Shown here one piece after another: positions 9,461 to 17,493 of a DNA stretch of 53,813 nt. Where the stretch lies: positions 1-53,813 of the forward strand of contig JBBQVZ010000002.1 in assembly GCA_038211015.1 (NCBI GenBank), written 5' to 3'. The position numbers were made by a program, and so were the translations under genes. The stretch's first letter is position 1. Every line of letters begins with the position of its first letter. Below the pieces are notes generated by a model. That model saw only the letters and a list, made by a program, of their open reading frames with translations, made no database searches and was not told the origin of the DNA. The stretch is from Actinomycetota bacterium (lineage in GTDB: Bacteria; Actinomycetota; UBA4738; HRBIN12).

Positions 9461-10273
9461 GTGGAGCAACCGCTTCCGGCTGAGCGACATCGACGCATCA
9501 AGGAGTTCCTGAGGGAGCATCGAGCGGTCCGCGTTTCGACGCTCGCGGAACTCCTCGCGGTGTCGGAAGTCACCATCCGGCGTGATCTCGAAGAGCTCGA
9601 GCACCGTGGTCTGCTCGAGCGCACGCACGGCGGTGCCGTCTCCATCCATCGCTTGGGTGCCGAGCCCGCGTACGACGAGGCAGCCGGAAGGAGTGCGTCC
9701 CAGAAGAACGCGATCGGCCGAACGGCCGCCGGCCTGGTTCAGCCGGGCGACACGATCTTCCTGAACGGCGGCACCACCACGCTCCAGGTCTTCCGCCACT
9801 TGCAGATCGCGGGCGTGCGGGTCATCACGAACCACGTCGGGATCGCCTCGGAGGCGGCGGATCGCGAAGTCGGCCTGATCGTCGTCGGCGGCGAGTATCG
9901 AGCACCGTCGAACTCATGCGTGGGGAGCTTCGCGACGCGGGCGCTGCGTGGTGTCAACGCCACCCGGGCGCTCATCGGCGTGGAAGGGTTGAGCATCCGA
10001 TCGGGATTGACGACGCCCGTCGAACCGGAGGCGGAGATCGCTCGGGTCATGATCGAGCAGACACAAGGGCCTGTGATCGTGGTCGCGGATTCGACCAAGG
10101 TCGGGACCATCGCGGACTTCTCGATCGCCGGGATCGAGGTGGCGACCGCGCTCGTGACCGACCCAGGCCTGGATGACGTGTATCGCGACGAGCTCACGGC
10201 CGTAGGTGTCGACGTGGTGATCTCCGGGCACGATGCGCTCGTCCGTACGGGAGCGGGACATGCAGAAGGCTGA
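9461..10273 (+). CDS. DeoR-family transcriptional regulator
   Basis: N-terminal HTH (RHRRIKEFLREHRAVRVSTLAELLAVSEVTIRRDLEELE) plus a DeoR C-terminal sensor domain (IFLNGGTTTLQV..., VVADSTKVG). GTG start. Confidence 0.85.
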   Translation: MEQPLPAERHRRIKEFLREHRAVRVSTLAELLAVSEVTIRRDLEELEHRGLLERTHGGAVSIHRLGAEPAYDEAAGRSASQKNAIGRTAAGLVQPGDTIFLNGGTTTLQVFRHLQIAGVRVITNHVGIASEAADREVGLIVVGGEYRAPSNSCVGSFATRALRGVNATRALIGVEGLSIRSGLTTPVEPEAEIARVMIEQTQGPVIVVADSTKVGTIADFSIAGIEVATALVTDPGLDDVYRDELTAVGVDVVISGHDALVRTGAGHAEG

Positions 10274-11024
10274 GTTCGAGGCTGAGGCGGTCAGACTGGT
10301 CGACGCCGCGAACGCCGAAGGCACGACGCTTCGGTTGCTCGGTGCGCTCGCGTTCGCCACCCGGTGCCCGGACCATGCGTACCTTCAGGATCAGCTCGGA
10401 CGTGTGTACACGGACATCGATTTCGGCGGATACGGCAAGCAGGTCCGCCAGATCCAGCAGTTGCTCGCGAGGGAGGGATACGAAGAGGACGCCGCGGTGT
10501 ACGTCGAGTCGCAGGGGTCACGTCTGGTGCTGGAGCACCGGCAGACGAAGCTCCACTTGGATGTCTTCCTCGATCAGCTGGAGTTCTGCCACACCGTCTC
10601 GTGGAACGGCAGGCTGGCGATCGACGACCGAACGATCCCGCTCGCCGAGATGCTGTTGCAGAAGATGCAGATCGTGGAGATCAACGAGAAGGACCTGATC
10701 GACACGATCATGCTGCTCCTCGAGTACCCGCTCGGCGACTCCGACGACGGCCACATCAATATCGGCCTCGTCGCCGACATCTGCGCCAAGGATTGGGGCT
10801 GGTGGCGCACGCTCACCATGAACCTCGACAAGGTCCGTCAGATGGCATCGAGCTATCCCCAGCTGACCGACGAACAGAAGACCCGCGTTTCCGAGCAGGT
10901 TGCGACCGCGCTCGAACGGATCGACGCGATGCCGAAGACCATGGGATGGAAGCTCAGGAGCCGCGTGGGCGATCGCATGAAGTGGTACCAGGACGTCGGT
11001 GAGCTGACGCCGGAGGCAGGCTGA
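10260..11024 (+). CDS. hypothetical protein, possible Pol-beta-fold nucleotidyltransferase
   Basis: The ATG at 10260 overlaps the deoR end by 14 nt. LRLLGALAF...RVYTDIDFGGY resembles a G-x-n-D-x-D nucleotidyltransferase motif. Composition is protein-like and rich in K/E/Q/I. The family assignment is weak. Confidence 0.55.
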   Translation: MQKAEFEAEAVRLVDAANAEGTTLRLLGALAFATRCPDHAYLQDQLGRVYTDIDFGGYGKQVRQIQQLLAREGYEEDAAVYVESQGSRLVLEHRQTKLHLDVFLDQLEFCHTVSWNGRLAIDDRTIPLAEMLLQKMQIVEINEKDLIDTIMLLLEYPLGDSDDGHINIGLVADICAKDWGWWRTLTMNLDKVRQMASSYPQLTDEQKTRVSEQVATALERIDAMPKTMGWKLRSRVGDRMKWYQDVGELTPEAG

Positions 11025-12025
11025 TGCCGCTCTTCAGCAAGCGCGGAACGGCGAAGGGCACCCCCACCCGGCTGTTCTACGCCTGCGACATCCACGGCTC
11101 CGAGCCGACGTACCGCAAGTTCCTGAACGCCGCGAGGTTCTACGAGGTCGATGCGCTCATCTTCGGCGGAGATCTCATGGGCAAGCTGCTCGTCCCGATC
11201 GTCCGAGACAGCGGCGGCACCTACCGAGCCCGGCTCCAGGGGCAGAACCACCACATCACGTCGGATGAGGAGATGAAGCAGTTCAAGAAGGTGCTCCAGA
11301 CGCTGGGGTTCTACTGGCAGGAGATGGATCCCGAGGAGTACCAGAGCTACGAGGGGAACCAGGGGCGGATCGACGACCTCTTCGACGTCTTGGCGAAGGA
11401 GCGCTTGGCGGAGTGGGTCGTGCTCGCCGAGGAACGGCTGAAGGACACTCACGTTCGGATCTTCCTCTGCGGTGGGAACGACGACACCGACGAGGTGCTC
11501 TCAGCGCTCGACGAGACCGCACAGGACCGCGTGGTGAATGCCGAGAACCGCGTCGTTCAGATCGACGACGAGCACTTCGTCGCCACGGTCGGCTACTCGA
11601 CGCCCACGCCGTGGGAGACCCCGAGGGAGCGCAGCGAGGACGAGATCGCCGACGTGATCTCGAAGATCATGGCCGACGTGCCGGATCCCTCGCGTGTCGT
11701 GTTCAACTTCCACTGCCCACCCCTCGATTCCGGTCTCGACACCTGCTTGAAGTTGGATGCTTCGGTCTGGCCCCCGACCCCGGTCCTCGAGAACGGCCAG
11801 CCGATCTACTACGGCGCCGGTTCGCAGGCCGTGACCGACGCGTTGAAGGAGTACCAGCCGACCGTCGGCGTCCACGGGCACATCCACGAATCGCGGGGGG
11901 TCACGAACTATGGACGGACCCTGGCGCTCAATCCAGGAAGCGAGTACGGAGAGGGGGTACTGCGAGGACTCATCGTCACGATCCGCGGAGGAGATGTCGT
12001 CGGGCATCAGTTCACCTCCGGGTAA
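11024..12025 (+). CDS. metallophosphoesterase (calcineurin-like)
   Basis: Motifs ACDIHGS, FGGDLMGK, LCGGNDD and GVHGHIHESRG. The start overlaps the upstream stop (TGATG). Confidence 0.8.
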   Translation: MPLFSKRGTAKGTPTRLFYACDIHGSEPTYRKFLNAARFYEVDALIFGGDLMGKLLVPIVRDSGGTYRARLQGQNHHITSDEEMKQFKKVLQTLGFYWQEMDPEEYQSYEGNQGRIDDLFDVLAKERLAEWVVLAEERLKDTHVRIFLCGGNDDTDEVLSALDETAQDRVVNAENRVVQIDDEHFVATVGYSTPTPWETPRERSEDEIADVISKIMADVPDPSRVVFNFHCPPLDSGLDTCLKLDASVWPPTPVLENGQPIYYGAGSQAVTDALKEYQPTVGVHGHIHESRGVTNYGRTLALNPGSEYGEGVLRGLIVTIRGGDVVGHQFTSG

Positions 12026-12064
12026 GCCCGGCCCGTACCGCACGGAGACTCGAGGGGGTGGGGA

Positions 12065-13699
12065 ATGGCAGAGGCAGTAGCTCCACAGGTATTCACGAGG
12101 CGCGCATCCGGTCTCGTCCGGGTGATGTCGCCCTACTCAGCGTTCATCTACAACATCCTCACGATGGGGGTGATCTTCCCCTGGACCTACCTCTGGGCCC
12201 CCACGGCGTTCCAGGGGTCGAACCTGGTCTTGGGGATCTTGTTCGCGTTCCTGTTCGAGCTACCGATCGCGCTGTCTTACGTGTGGCTCGCGACCGCGCT
12301 CCCTCGATCGGGAGGTGACTACGTGTTCCAGAGCCGCGTCTTCGGCGGCGGTTTTGGGTTCACGGTCGTGTTCGCGTTCTTCGTCGTGTGGATCCTGCAG
12401 TGGGTCGCGCTCTCGGGCTGGTTGCTCGCGACGCTCGGCCTGGCGCCGACCTTCATCGGTCTCGGCGTTACGACGGGAATCGACGGGTTCACGAGCTTCG
12501 GCACGTGGTGCGCGTCGACGAACGGCATCATCATCATCAGCATCCTCAACGCGTTGTTGGCGATGGTCCTGCTGGTGACCGGGTTCAAGAACTACGTCCG
12601 CTTCCAGTACGTGATGTGGTACGCGATCCTGATCTCGTTCGGGATCGTGCTGCTGCTATTCCTGTTCACGAACCCCGGATCGGCCCAAGGCAAGCTGGAC
12701 GGGTTCGCGTCGAGCGTGGACGGTGTCAAGGGGTTCTTCGCCACAGCGAAGTCTGCCGCCGCAGGCGCGGGGGTCAACTTCAACCCGCCGTTCTGGCTGT
12801 TCGGCACCTTGATGGTGGCGCCGATCGCGTGGACGAGCCTGCAGTGGGCCACATATTCCGTGGAACAAGGTGGCGAGATCAAGAACGCGCACGTGTTCCG
12901 CAATCAACTGTTCATCATCGTGGGCTCGCTCGCCACGGTGGCCGCACTGTTGATCGTCCTGGCGCTCGCGCTGCAGAAGGGGTTCGGTCAGGACGGCATC
13001 ATGGTGGCGTCGTCCGGATACTGGTACGGGGTCGGAGAAGCGACGATCGGCGGGAACGTGCTGTTCCCGAACTTCATCGCGATGGGCCTCACCGGGAGCT
13101 GGGTGATCGTCTTACTGATCGGGTTCGGGTTCATCCTGAATTCCTTCCAGATCGTGTGTAACTGCTTCATCGGGACGACGCGGATCATGGTGGCGCAGGG
13201 GCTGGACGGCTTGTTGCCGGACTGGTTCGCGCGCGTCCACCCCAAGTGGAAGACGCCGTTGAACGCGCACATCGCGTACTTCGTCGCGGCCTTGCCGGTC
13301 ATCTACGGGTTCAACAAGGTCGGGAGCTGGACGCGATGGACGCTGGGCGTGACGTTCGCCAACGGGGCGGTGATGGTCCTGTCCGCGTTGGCGGCGGCCC
13401 TGTTGCCGTACCGGGCGAAACAGCTCTACGAGGCGTCCCCGGGTGCGCAGTACAAGTTCGGAAACGTCCCCATGGTGACCGTCTTCGGCATCTTGGGCTT
13501 CCTCCTGGGAGGGTTCATGGTCGTGTCCTTCCTGTTCGTGAAGGATCTGGGCCTGGCGTTCTCGAACGACGCTCTGCCCTACTGGATCGTGGTCGGCACG
13601 GCGGCCTTCGGCCTGATCGTGTATCTGGTCATGAAGTCGGTCCAGGCGAGCAAGGGGATCAAGGTCGAGTACGCGTTCCAGGAGATCCCGCCGGAGTAA
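12065..13699 (+). CDS. APC-superfamily amino acid/amine permease
   Basis: 544 aa and polytopic. LPRSGGDYVFQSRVFG is typical of APC transporters. Confidence 0.85.
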   Translation: MAEAVAPQVFTRRASGLVRVMSPYSAFIYNILTMGVIFPWTYLWAPTAFQGSNLVLGILFAFLFELPIALSYVWLATALPRSGGDYVFQSRVFGGGFGFTVVFAFFVVWILQWVALSGWLLATLGLAPTFIGLGVTTGIDGFTSFGTWCASTNGIIIISILNALLAMVLLVTGFKNYVRFQYVMWYAILISFGIVLLLFLFTNPGSAQGKLDGFASSVDGVKGFFATAKSAAAGAGVNFNPPFWLFGTLMVAPIAWTSLQWATYSVEQGGEIKNAHVFRNQLFIIVGSLATVAALLIVLALALQKGFGQDGIMVASSGYWYGVGEATIGGNVLFPNFIAMGLTGSWVIVLLIGFGFILNSFQIVCNCFIGTTRIMVAQGLDGLLPDWFARVHPKWKTPLNAHIAYFVAALPVIYGFNKVGSWTRWTLGVTFANGAVMVLSALAAALLPYRAKQLYEASPGAQYKFGNVPMVTVFGILGFLLGGFMVVSFLFVKDLGLAFSNDALPYWIVVGTAAFGLIVYLVMKSVQASKGIKVEYAFQEIPPE

Positions 13700-13718
13700 G
13701 CGCCAGGTTCCGGTCCGT

Positions 13719-13750
13719 CGATGGGGCGGGGCTTCGGTCCCGCCCCATCG
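13719..13750 (+). terminator. perfect GC-rich hairpin with UUCG-type loop
   Basis: CGATGGGGCGGG / CCCGCCCCATCG, a perfect 12-bp stem around GCTTCGGT (C-UUCG-G core), 20 nt after the permease stop. It is followed by TTCGT and then the RBS GAGGAGG of the next gene. The T-tract is weak. Confidence 0.55.
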
Positions 13751-13767
13751 TTCGTCGAGGAGGTCCT

Positions 13768-16188
13768 TTGGATCGCGCACGTGCCGTCGTGATCGGCGGC
13801 GGCGTCACCGGGTGCAGCATCCTGCTGCATCTCGCCGAGGCCGGCTGGTCCGACGTTCTCCTTCTGGAGAAGGGGGAGCTCACCAGCGGGTCCACGCACC
13901 ATGCGGCGGGACTCGTCACGATGTTCAACCCGTCGCCGACCATGATGCGGTTCCGTCGTTACTCGATCGAACGCTACCGAGAGCTCGGGGTGTTCGAGAC
14001 GGTGGGGAGCCTGCGGTTCGCCTCCAGCCGGAACCGGCTCCTGGAGCTGAAGCGCGGCGTCTCGCGCGCGAAGGGCATCGGCCTCGACGTCGAGCTCGTG
14101 TCCGCCGACCACGCCCGCCGGTTGATGCCGGCCGCTTCGCCCGAGGAGCTGTACGGCGCCCTGTACGTGCCCGGCGACGGATACCTCGACCCGCACGGCG
14201 CGACCCACGCGATGGCGGATGCCGCGCGTGCGCTCGGAGCCACGGTGCGCACCCACACCCGGGTCACGGGGGTGGAGCTGTCGTCGCGACGCGAGGTCGT
14301 GGCGGTCCTCACGGACCGGGGTCGCATCGAGACCGAGGTCGTGGTGAACGCCGCGGGGATCTGGGCGCCGCGCATCGCCTCGATGGTCGGAGCCTTCGTG
14401 CCGTCGACGCCGGTGGACCATCAGCACGTCGCCCTGAAGGCCGTGCTGGGCTCGGAGCTTCCGGGTGACATGCCGTGCTTCCGCGACCCGGACAACCTCG
14501 TCTACGGGAAGGCCGAGGCGGGTGGGGTGCTCTTCGGCGGGTACGAGCCGAACCCCGTCGCTCGGTGGGTCGACGGCGTCCCGTGGGAGCACGGCGGGAG
14601 GGCGCTCGCTCCCGACATGGGTCGGTTCGAACAGCTGATGGAGGGGGCCGCCCGCCGGTTCCCGTTCGTGGCCGACGCCGAGATCGTGAAGCTGGTGTGC
14701 CACCCAGACGCGATGACGCCGGACGCGAACCCGCTCCTCGGCCCCGTGCCCGGCGTGCGGGGGTTCCACATGGCGGCCGGCCTCTCCCTGAACGGGTTCG
14801 GCGCCGCGGGAGGTATCGGCAAGACGATCGCGGAGTGGGTCGTCGCCGGCGAGCCAGAGCTCGATGTCCTCGCTTATCGGTCATGGCGGTTCGGCGACGT
14901 CTACCGCGATCCGTCGTGGGCCGCCGAGGTCGCTCGAGAGACGTACCGGTACTACTACGAGCTGCGGTATCCGTTCGACCAGGACGAGTTCGGGAGGCCG
15001 AGACGCGAGAGTCCATTGATATCGCGGATGCAGGATGCCGGCGCCGTCTTCGGTGCGAAGAACGGTTGGGAACGGGCGGAGTACGTGGCCCCCGGCGAAC
15101 CATGGCGCCGGGCGGGACCGGACCAACGCGCGTGGGGGTGGACCGAGCCTCCGTTCCACCCTCGGGTCGCGGACGAGCACCGGGCCGTACGGGAACGAGC
15201 CGGGATCTTCGACATGACGTCGTTCGGGAAGATCGAGGTGGGGGGTACGGACGCGTTGGCCGTGCTCGAACGGGTGTCGGACAACCTGGTCGATCGGCCG
15301 GTCGGGAGCGTGGTGTACACGCAGTTCCTTGAGCGTCGTGGCGGGATCGTCGCCGACGTGACCGTCACGCGCCTCGCGGAGGATCGGTTCCGCGTGATCA
15401 CCGGGTCGGGCACGATCGACGCCGATCTCGGTTGGATCCGCGCGAACGTCCGGGAAGATGAGATCGTCGAGCTGCGCGACGTCACGCAGGAGCTGGCCGT
15501 CATCGGCCTCTGGGGTCCGTCCGCACCCGACGTGCTGGGGGCGTTGACCGAGGACGACGTCTCGAGCGCAGGGTTCCCGTTCATGCGGGCGCGGTCGATC
15601 GCCGTTCGAGGAGCGCCTGTTCTCGCGCAGAGGGTGACGTACGTTGGCGAGCTCGGGTGGGAGCTGTACGTCGCCCCCGAGTGGGCGACCCAGGTGTGGG
15701 ACCGGCTGATCGAAGCAGGAGCGGCGCACGGCATCGCGGTCGCCGGATACCGCGCGCTCGACTCGCTCCGGATGGAGAAGGGGTACCGCTACTTCGGGAC
15801 CGATCTGACGATGCTGGACGATCCCTTCGAGGCGGGGCTCGCCGCTTGTGTCCGCCTGGAGAAGGGCGGGTTCGTGGGGCGAGATGCCCTCATGGCGAAG
15901 CGAGAGGTCGGCGCTCCTTCGCGCCGGCTCCTGACGCTACTCGTGGGCGAGCACGATTACGTGCCGATCTACGGCGGCGAGGCCGTCGCATCGGACGGCG
16001 AGGTGGTTGCCCGTCTCCGCAGCTGCGCGTACGGCTTCACGATCCGGCGGAACGTGGCGTTCGCGTACCTGCCCGCGCGGTTCGGGCCGGGTGACGTCGT
16101 CGATGTCGACGTGTTCGGCGATCGGATCCGCGCCGATGTCGGCGAGGATGCCGTCGTGGGCGCCGGCCCCGGCTGGTCGGAGGCGTAG
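13768..16188 (+). CDS. dimethylglycine/sarcosine-dehydrogenase-type flavoprotein (DAO domain fused to GcvT-like folate-binding domain)
   Basis: Track ORF 13246..16188, trimmed to TTG 13768 after GAGGAGG; the upstream part overlaps the permease. Motifs: AVVIGGGVTGCS, GSTHHAAGL, C-terminal VTYVGELGWELY and RMEKGYR. Confidence 0.85.
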   Translation: MDRARAVVIGGGVTGCSILLHLAEAGWSDVLLLEKGELTSGSTHHAAGLVTMFNPSPTMMRFRRYSIERYRELGVFETVGSLRFASSRNRLLELKRGVSRAKGIGLDVELVSADHARRLMPAASPEELYGALYVPGDGYLDPHGATHAMADAARALGATVRTHTRVTGVELSSRREVVAVLTDRGRIETEVVVNAAGIWAPRIASMVGAFVPSTPVDHQHVALKAVLGSELPGDMPCFRDPDNLVYGKAEAGGVLFGGYEPNPVARWVDGVPWEHGGRALAPDMGRFEQLMEGAARRFPFVADAEIVKLVCHPDAMTPDANPLLGPVPGVRGFHMAAGLSLNGFGAAGGIGKTIAEWVVAGEPELDVLAYRSWRFGDVYRDPSWAAEVARETYRYYYELRYPFDQDEFGRPRRESPLISRMQDAGAVFGAKNGWERAEYVAPGEPWRRAGPDQRAWGWTEPPFHPRVADEHRAVRERAGIFDMTSFGKIEVGGTDALAVLERVSDNLVDRPVGSVVYTQFLERRGGIVADVTVTRLAEDRFRVITGSGTIDADLGWIRANVREDEIVELRDVTQELAVIGLWGPSAPDVLGALTEDDVSSAGFPFMRARSIAVRGAPVLAQRVTYVGELGWELYVAPEWATQVWDRLIEAGAAHGIAVAGYRALDSLRMEKGYRYFGTDLTMLDDPFEAGLAACVRLEKGGFVGRDALMAKREVGAPSRRLLTLLVGEHDYVPIYGGEAVASDGEVVARLRSCAYGFTIRRNVAFAYLPARFGPGDVVDVDVFGDRIRADVGEDAVVGAGPGWSEA

Positions 16189-16190
16189 CC

Positions 16191-17093
16191 ATGCCAACGG
16201 GCATCGACGATGTCGTCGAGCGGGTGACGCTCTGGCGGGGAGACGCCGTCGACGTCACCCCATTGTCGGGCGGCCTCACCAATCAGATCTACCTGGTGAC
16301 CCGCGGCGACGAGCGATTCGTCGTGCGGATCCCCGGCCCGTCCACGGAGTTGCTGGCGGTCGATCGCGCCAACGAGCGGCACAATGCCGAGGCCGCGGCC
16401 ACCACCGGCGTCTCCCCGCCGATCCTCGAGTACCTCGAGGACTGGTCGGTCATGGTGCTCGCGTTCATCGACGGCGAGACCATGTCGGCCGAACGGCTGC
16501 GTGCGCCGTCGATGCCGGCCAGGATGGCCGCATCGCTGCATCGCCTGCATGCCGGCCCCCCGTTCCTCCAGGACTTCGACATGTTCCGCATCACCGAGCG
16601 TTACCTCGGGGTGGTCGCCGATTGCGACGTGCGGATCCCGGAAGGGTTCCGCGATCGGATGGAGACCGTCGTCGACGTGGAGCGCGTCCTCGCGGTGAAC
16701 GCCCAGCCACGCGTGCCGTGCCACAACGACCTCCTCGCCGAGAACTACATCGACGACGGCAGGCAGCTCTGGGTCATCGACTTCGAGTACAGCGGGAACG
16801 ACGATCCGTGTTTCGAGCTCGGCGACACGGCGCAAGAGTGTGGGTTCGACGCCGAGCTGAAGGCGGCGCTCTGCGCCGCGTACTTCGGGCGCGACGATCC
16901 GATCCAACTAGCGCGGATGGAGCTCTACGCGATGATGGCCGACGTGGGATGGACGCTGTGGGCCGCGATCCAGGCGGAGATCTCGGACATCGATTTCGAC
17001 TTCTGGGGATGGGCCGTCGAGCGGTGGGATCGCGCGGTGGGCGCGATGGACGGACCGGGGTTCGCGGAGTTCCGCCGAGAGGCGACGCGATGA
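16191..17093 (+). CDS. choline/ethanolamine-kinase-fold phosphotransferase
   Basis: Catalytic blocks HNDLLAENYI and VIDFEYSGNDDPCFELGD. Starts 2 nt after the upstream stop. Confidence 0.8.
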   Translation: MPTGIDDVVERVTLWRGDAVDVTPLSGGLTNQIYLVTRGDERFVVRIPGPSTELLAVDRANERHNAEAAATTGVSPPILEYLEDWSVMVLAFIDGETMSAERLRAPSMPARMAASLHRLHAGPPFLQDFDMFRITERYLGVVADCDVRIPEGFRDRMETVVDVERVLAVNAQPRVPCHNDLLAENYIDDGRQLWVIDFEYSGNDDPCFELGDTAQECGFDAELKAALCAAYFGRDDPIQLARMELYAMMADVGWTLWAAIQAEISDIDFDFWGWAVERWDRAVGAMDGPGFAEFRREATR

Positions 17094-17389
17094 GGGTAGT
17101 GGCTACCCCCGAGGTGGTCGAGTTCATCCGCGAGAGCGGCGGGCAGATCTTCGTGTGGACCGTGACGATGGAGTACGGGTACGCGCGTGGGACCGTGTTC
17201 GTCCTGGAGGCGTCCGTCGACTCGCCCGGAGCGGAACGGGAGTTCCTGCGGTTCGGCGGCGAGGGCATCGAGGTCCTGTACGACCCGGGCGAGCGCGGCA
17301 CACCGGATGCGCTGCACCTCGCGTTGCGAGGGCGCGTTCGCAAGCGGGTCGTGGCCCTCTGGAACGGGCACAGCTTCGCGAGCGAGTGA
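17090..17389 (+). CDS. hypothetical 99-aa protein
   Basis: ATGA overlap with the kinase stop. This is the last 99 codons of track ORF 16007..17389 (MRVVATPEVVEFIRESGGQIFVW...) and has a protein-like composition. I recognise no family. Confidence 0.5.
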   Translation: MRVVATPEVVEFIRESGGQIFVWTVTMEYGYARGTVFVLEASVDSPGAEREFLRFGGEGIEVLYDPGERGTPDALHLALRGRVRKRVVALWNGHSFASE

Positions 17390-17493
17390 CTCGCGAGCCC
17401 TGCGCTCAGGGTCTGATCGTGATCGTCGACGACCGCGCGGATCCCGCGATCGCGGAACAACCGCTTGGCGCATCGAGAACGGGAGCGCGTCGC

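Noticed and set aside
13246-13767. Upstream 174 codons of the 980-aa track ORF, and a possible glycine riboswitch ahead of the GcvT-domain gene
   Set aside because: The extension overlaps the APC permease in another frame and is Arg/Gly-rich. The real intergenic space is only 68 nt and is filled by the hairpin plus RBS, too short for a glycine riboswitch.
16007-17089. First 361 codons of the 460-aa track ORF 16007..17389
   Set aside because: This part is out of frame over the dehydrogenase 3' end and the whole kinase gene, and is Arg-rich junk. Only the last 99 codons, downstream of the kinase stop, look like a real protein.
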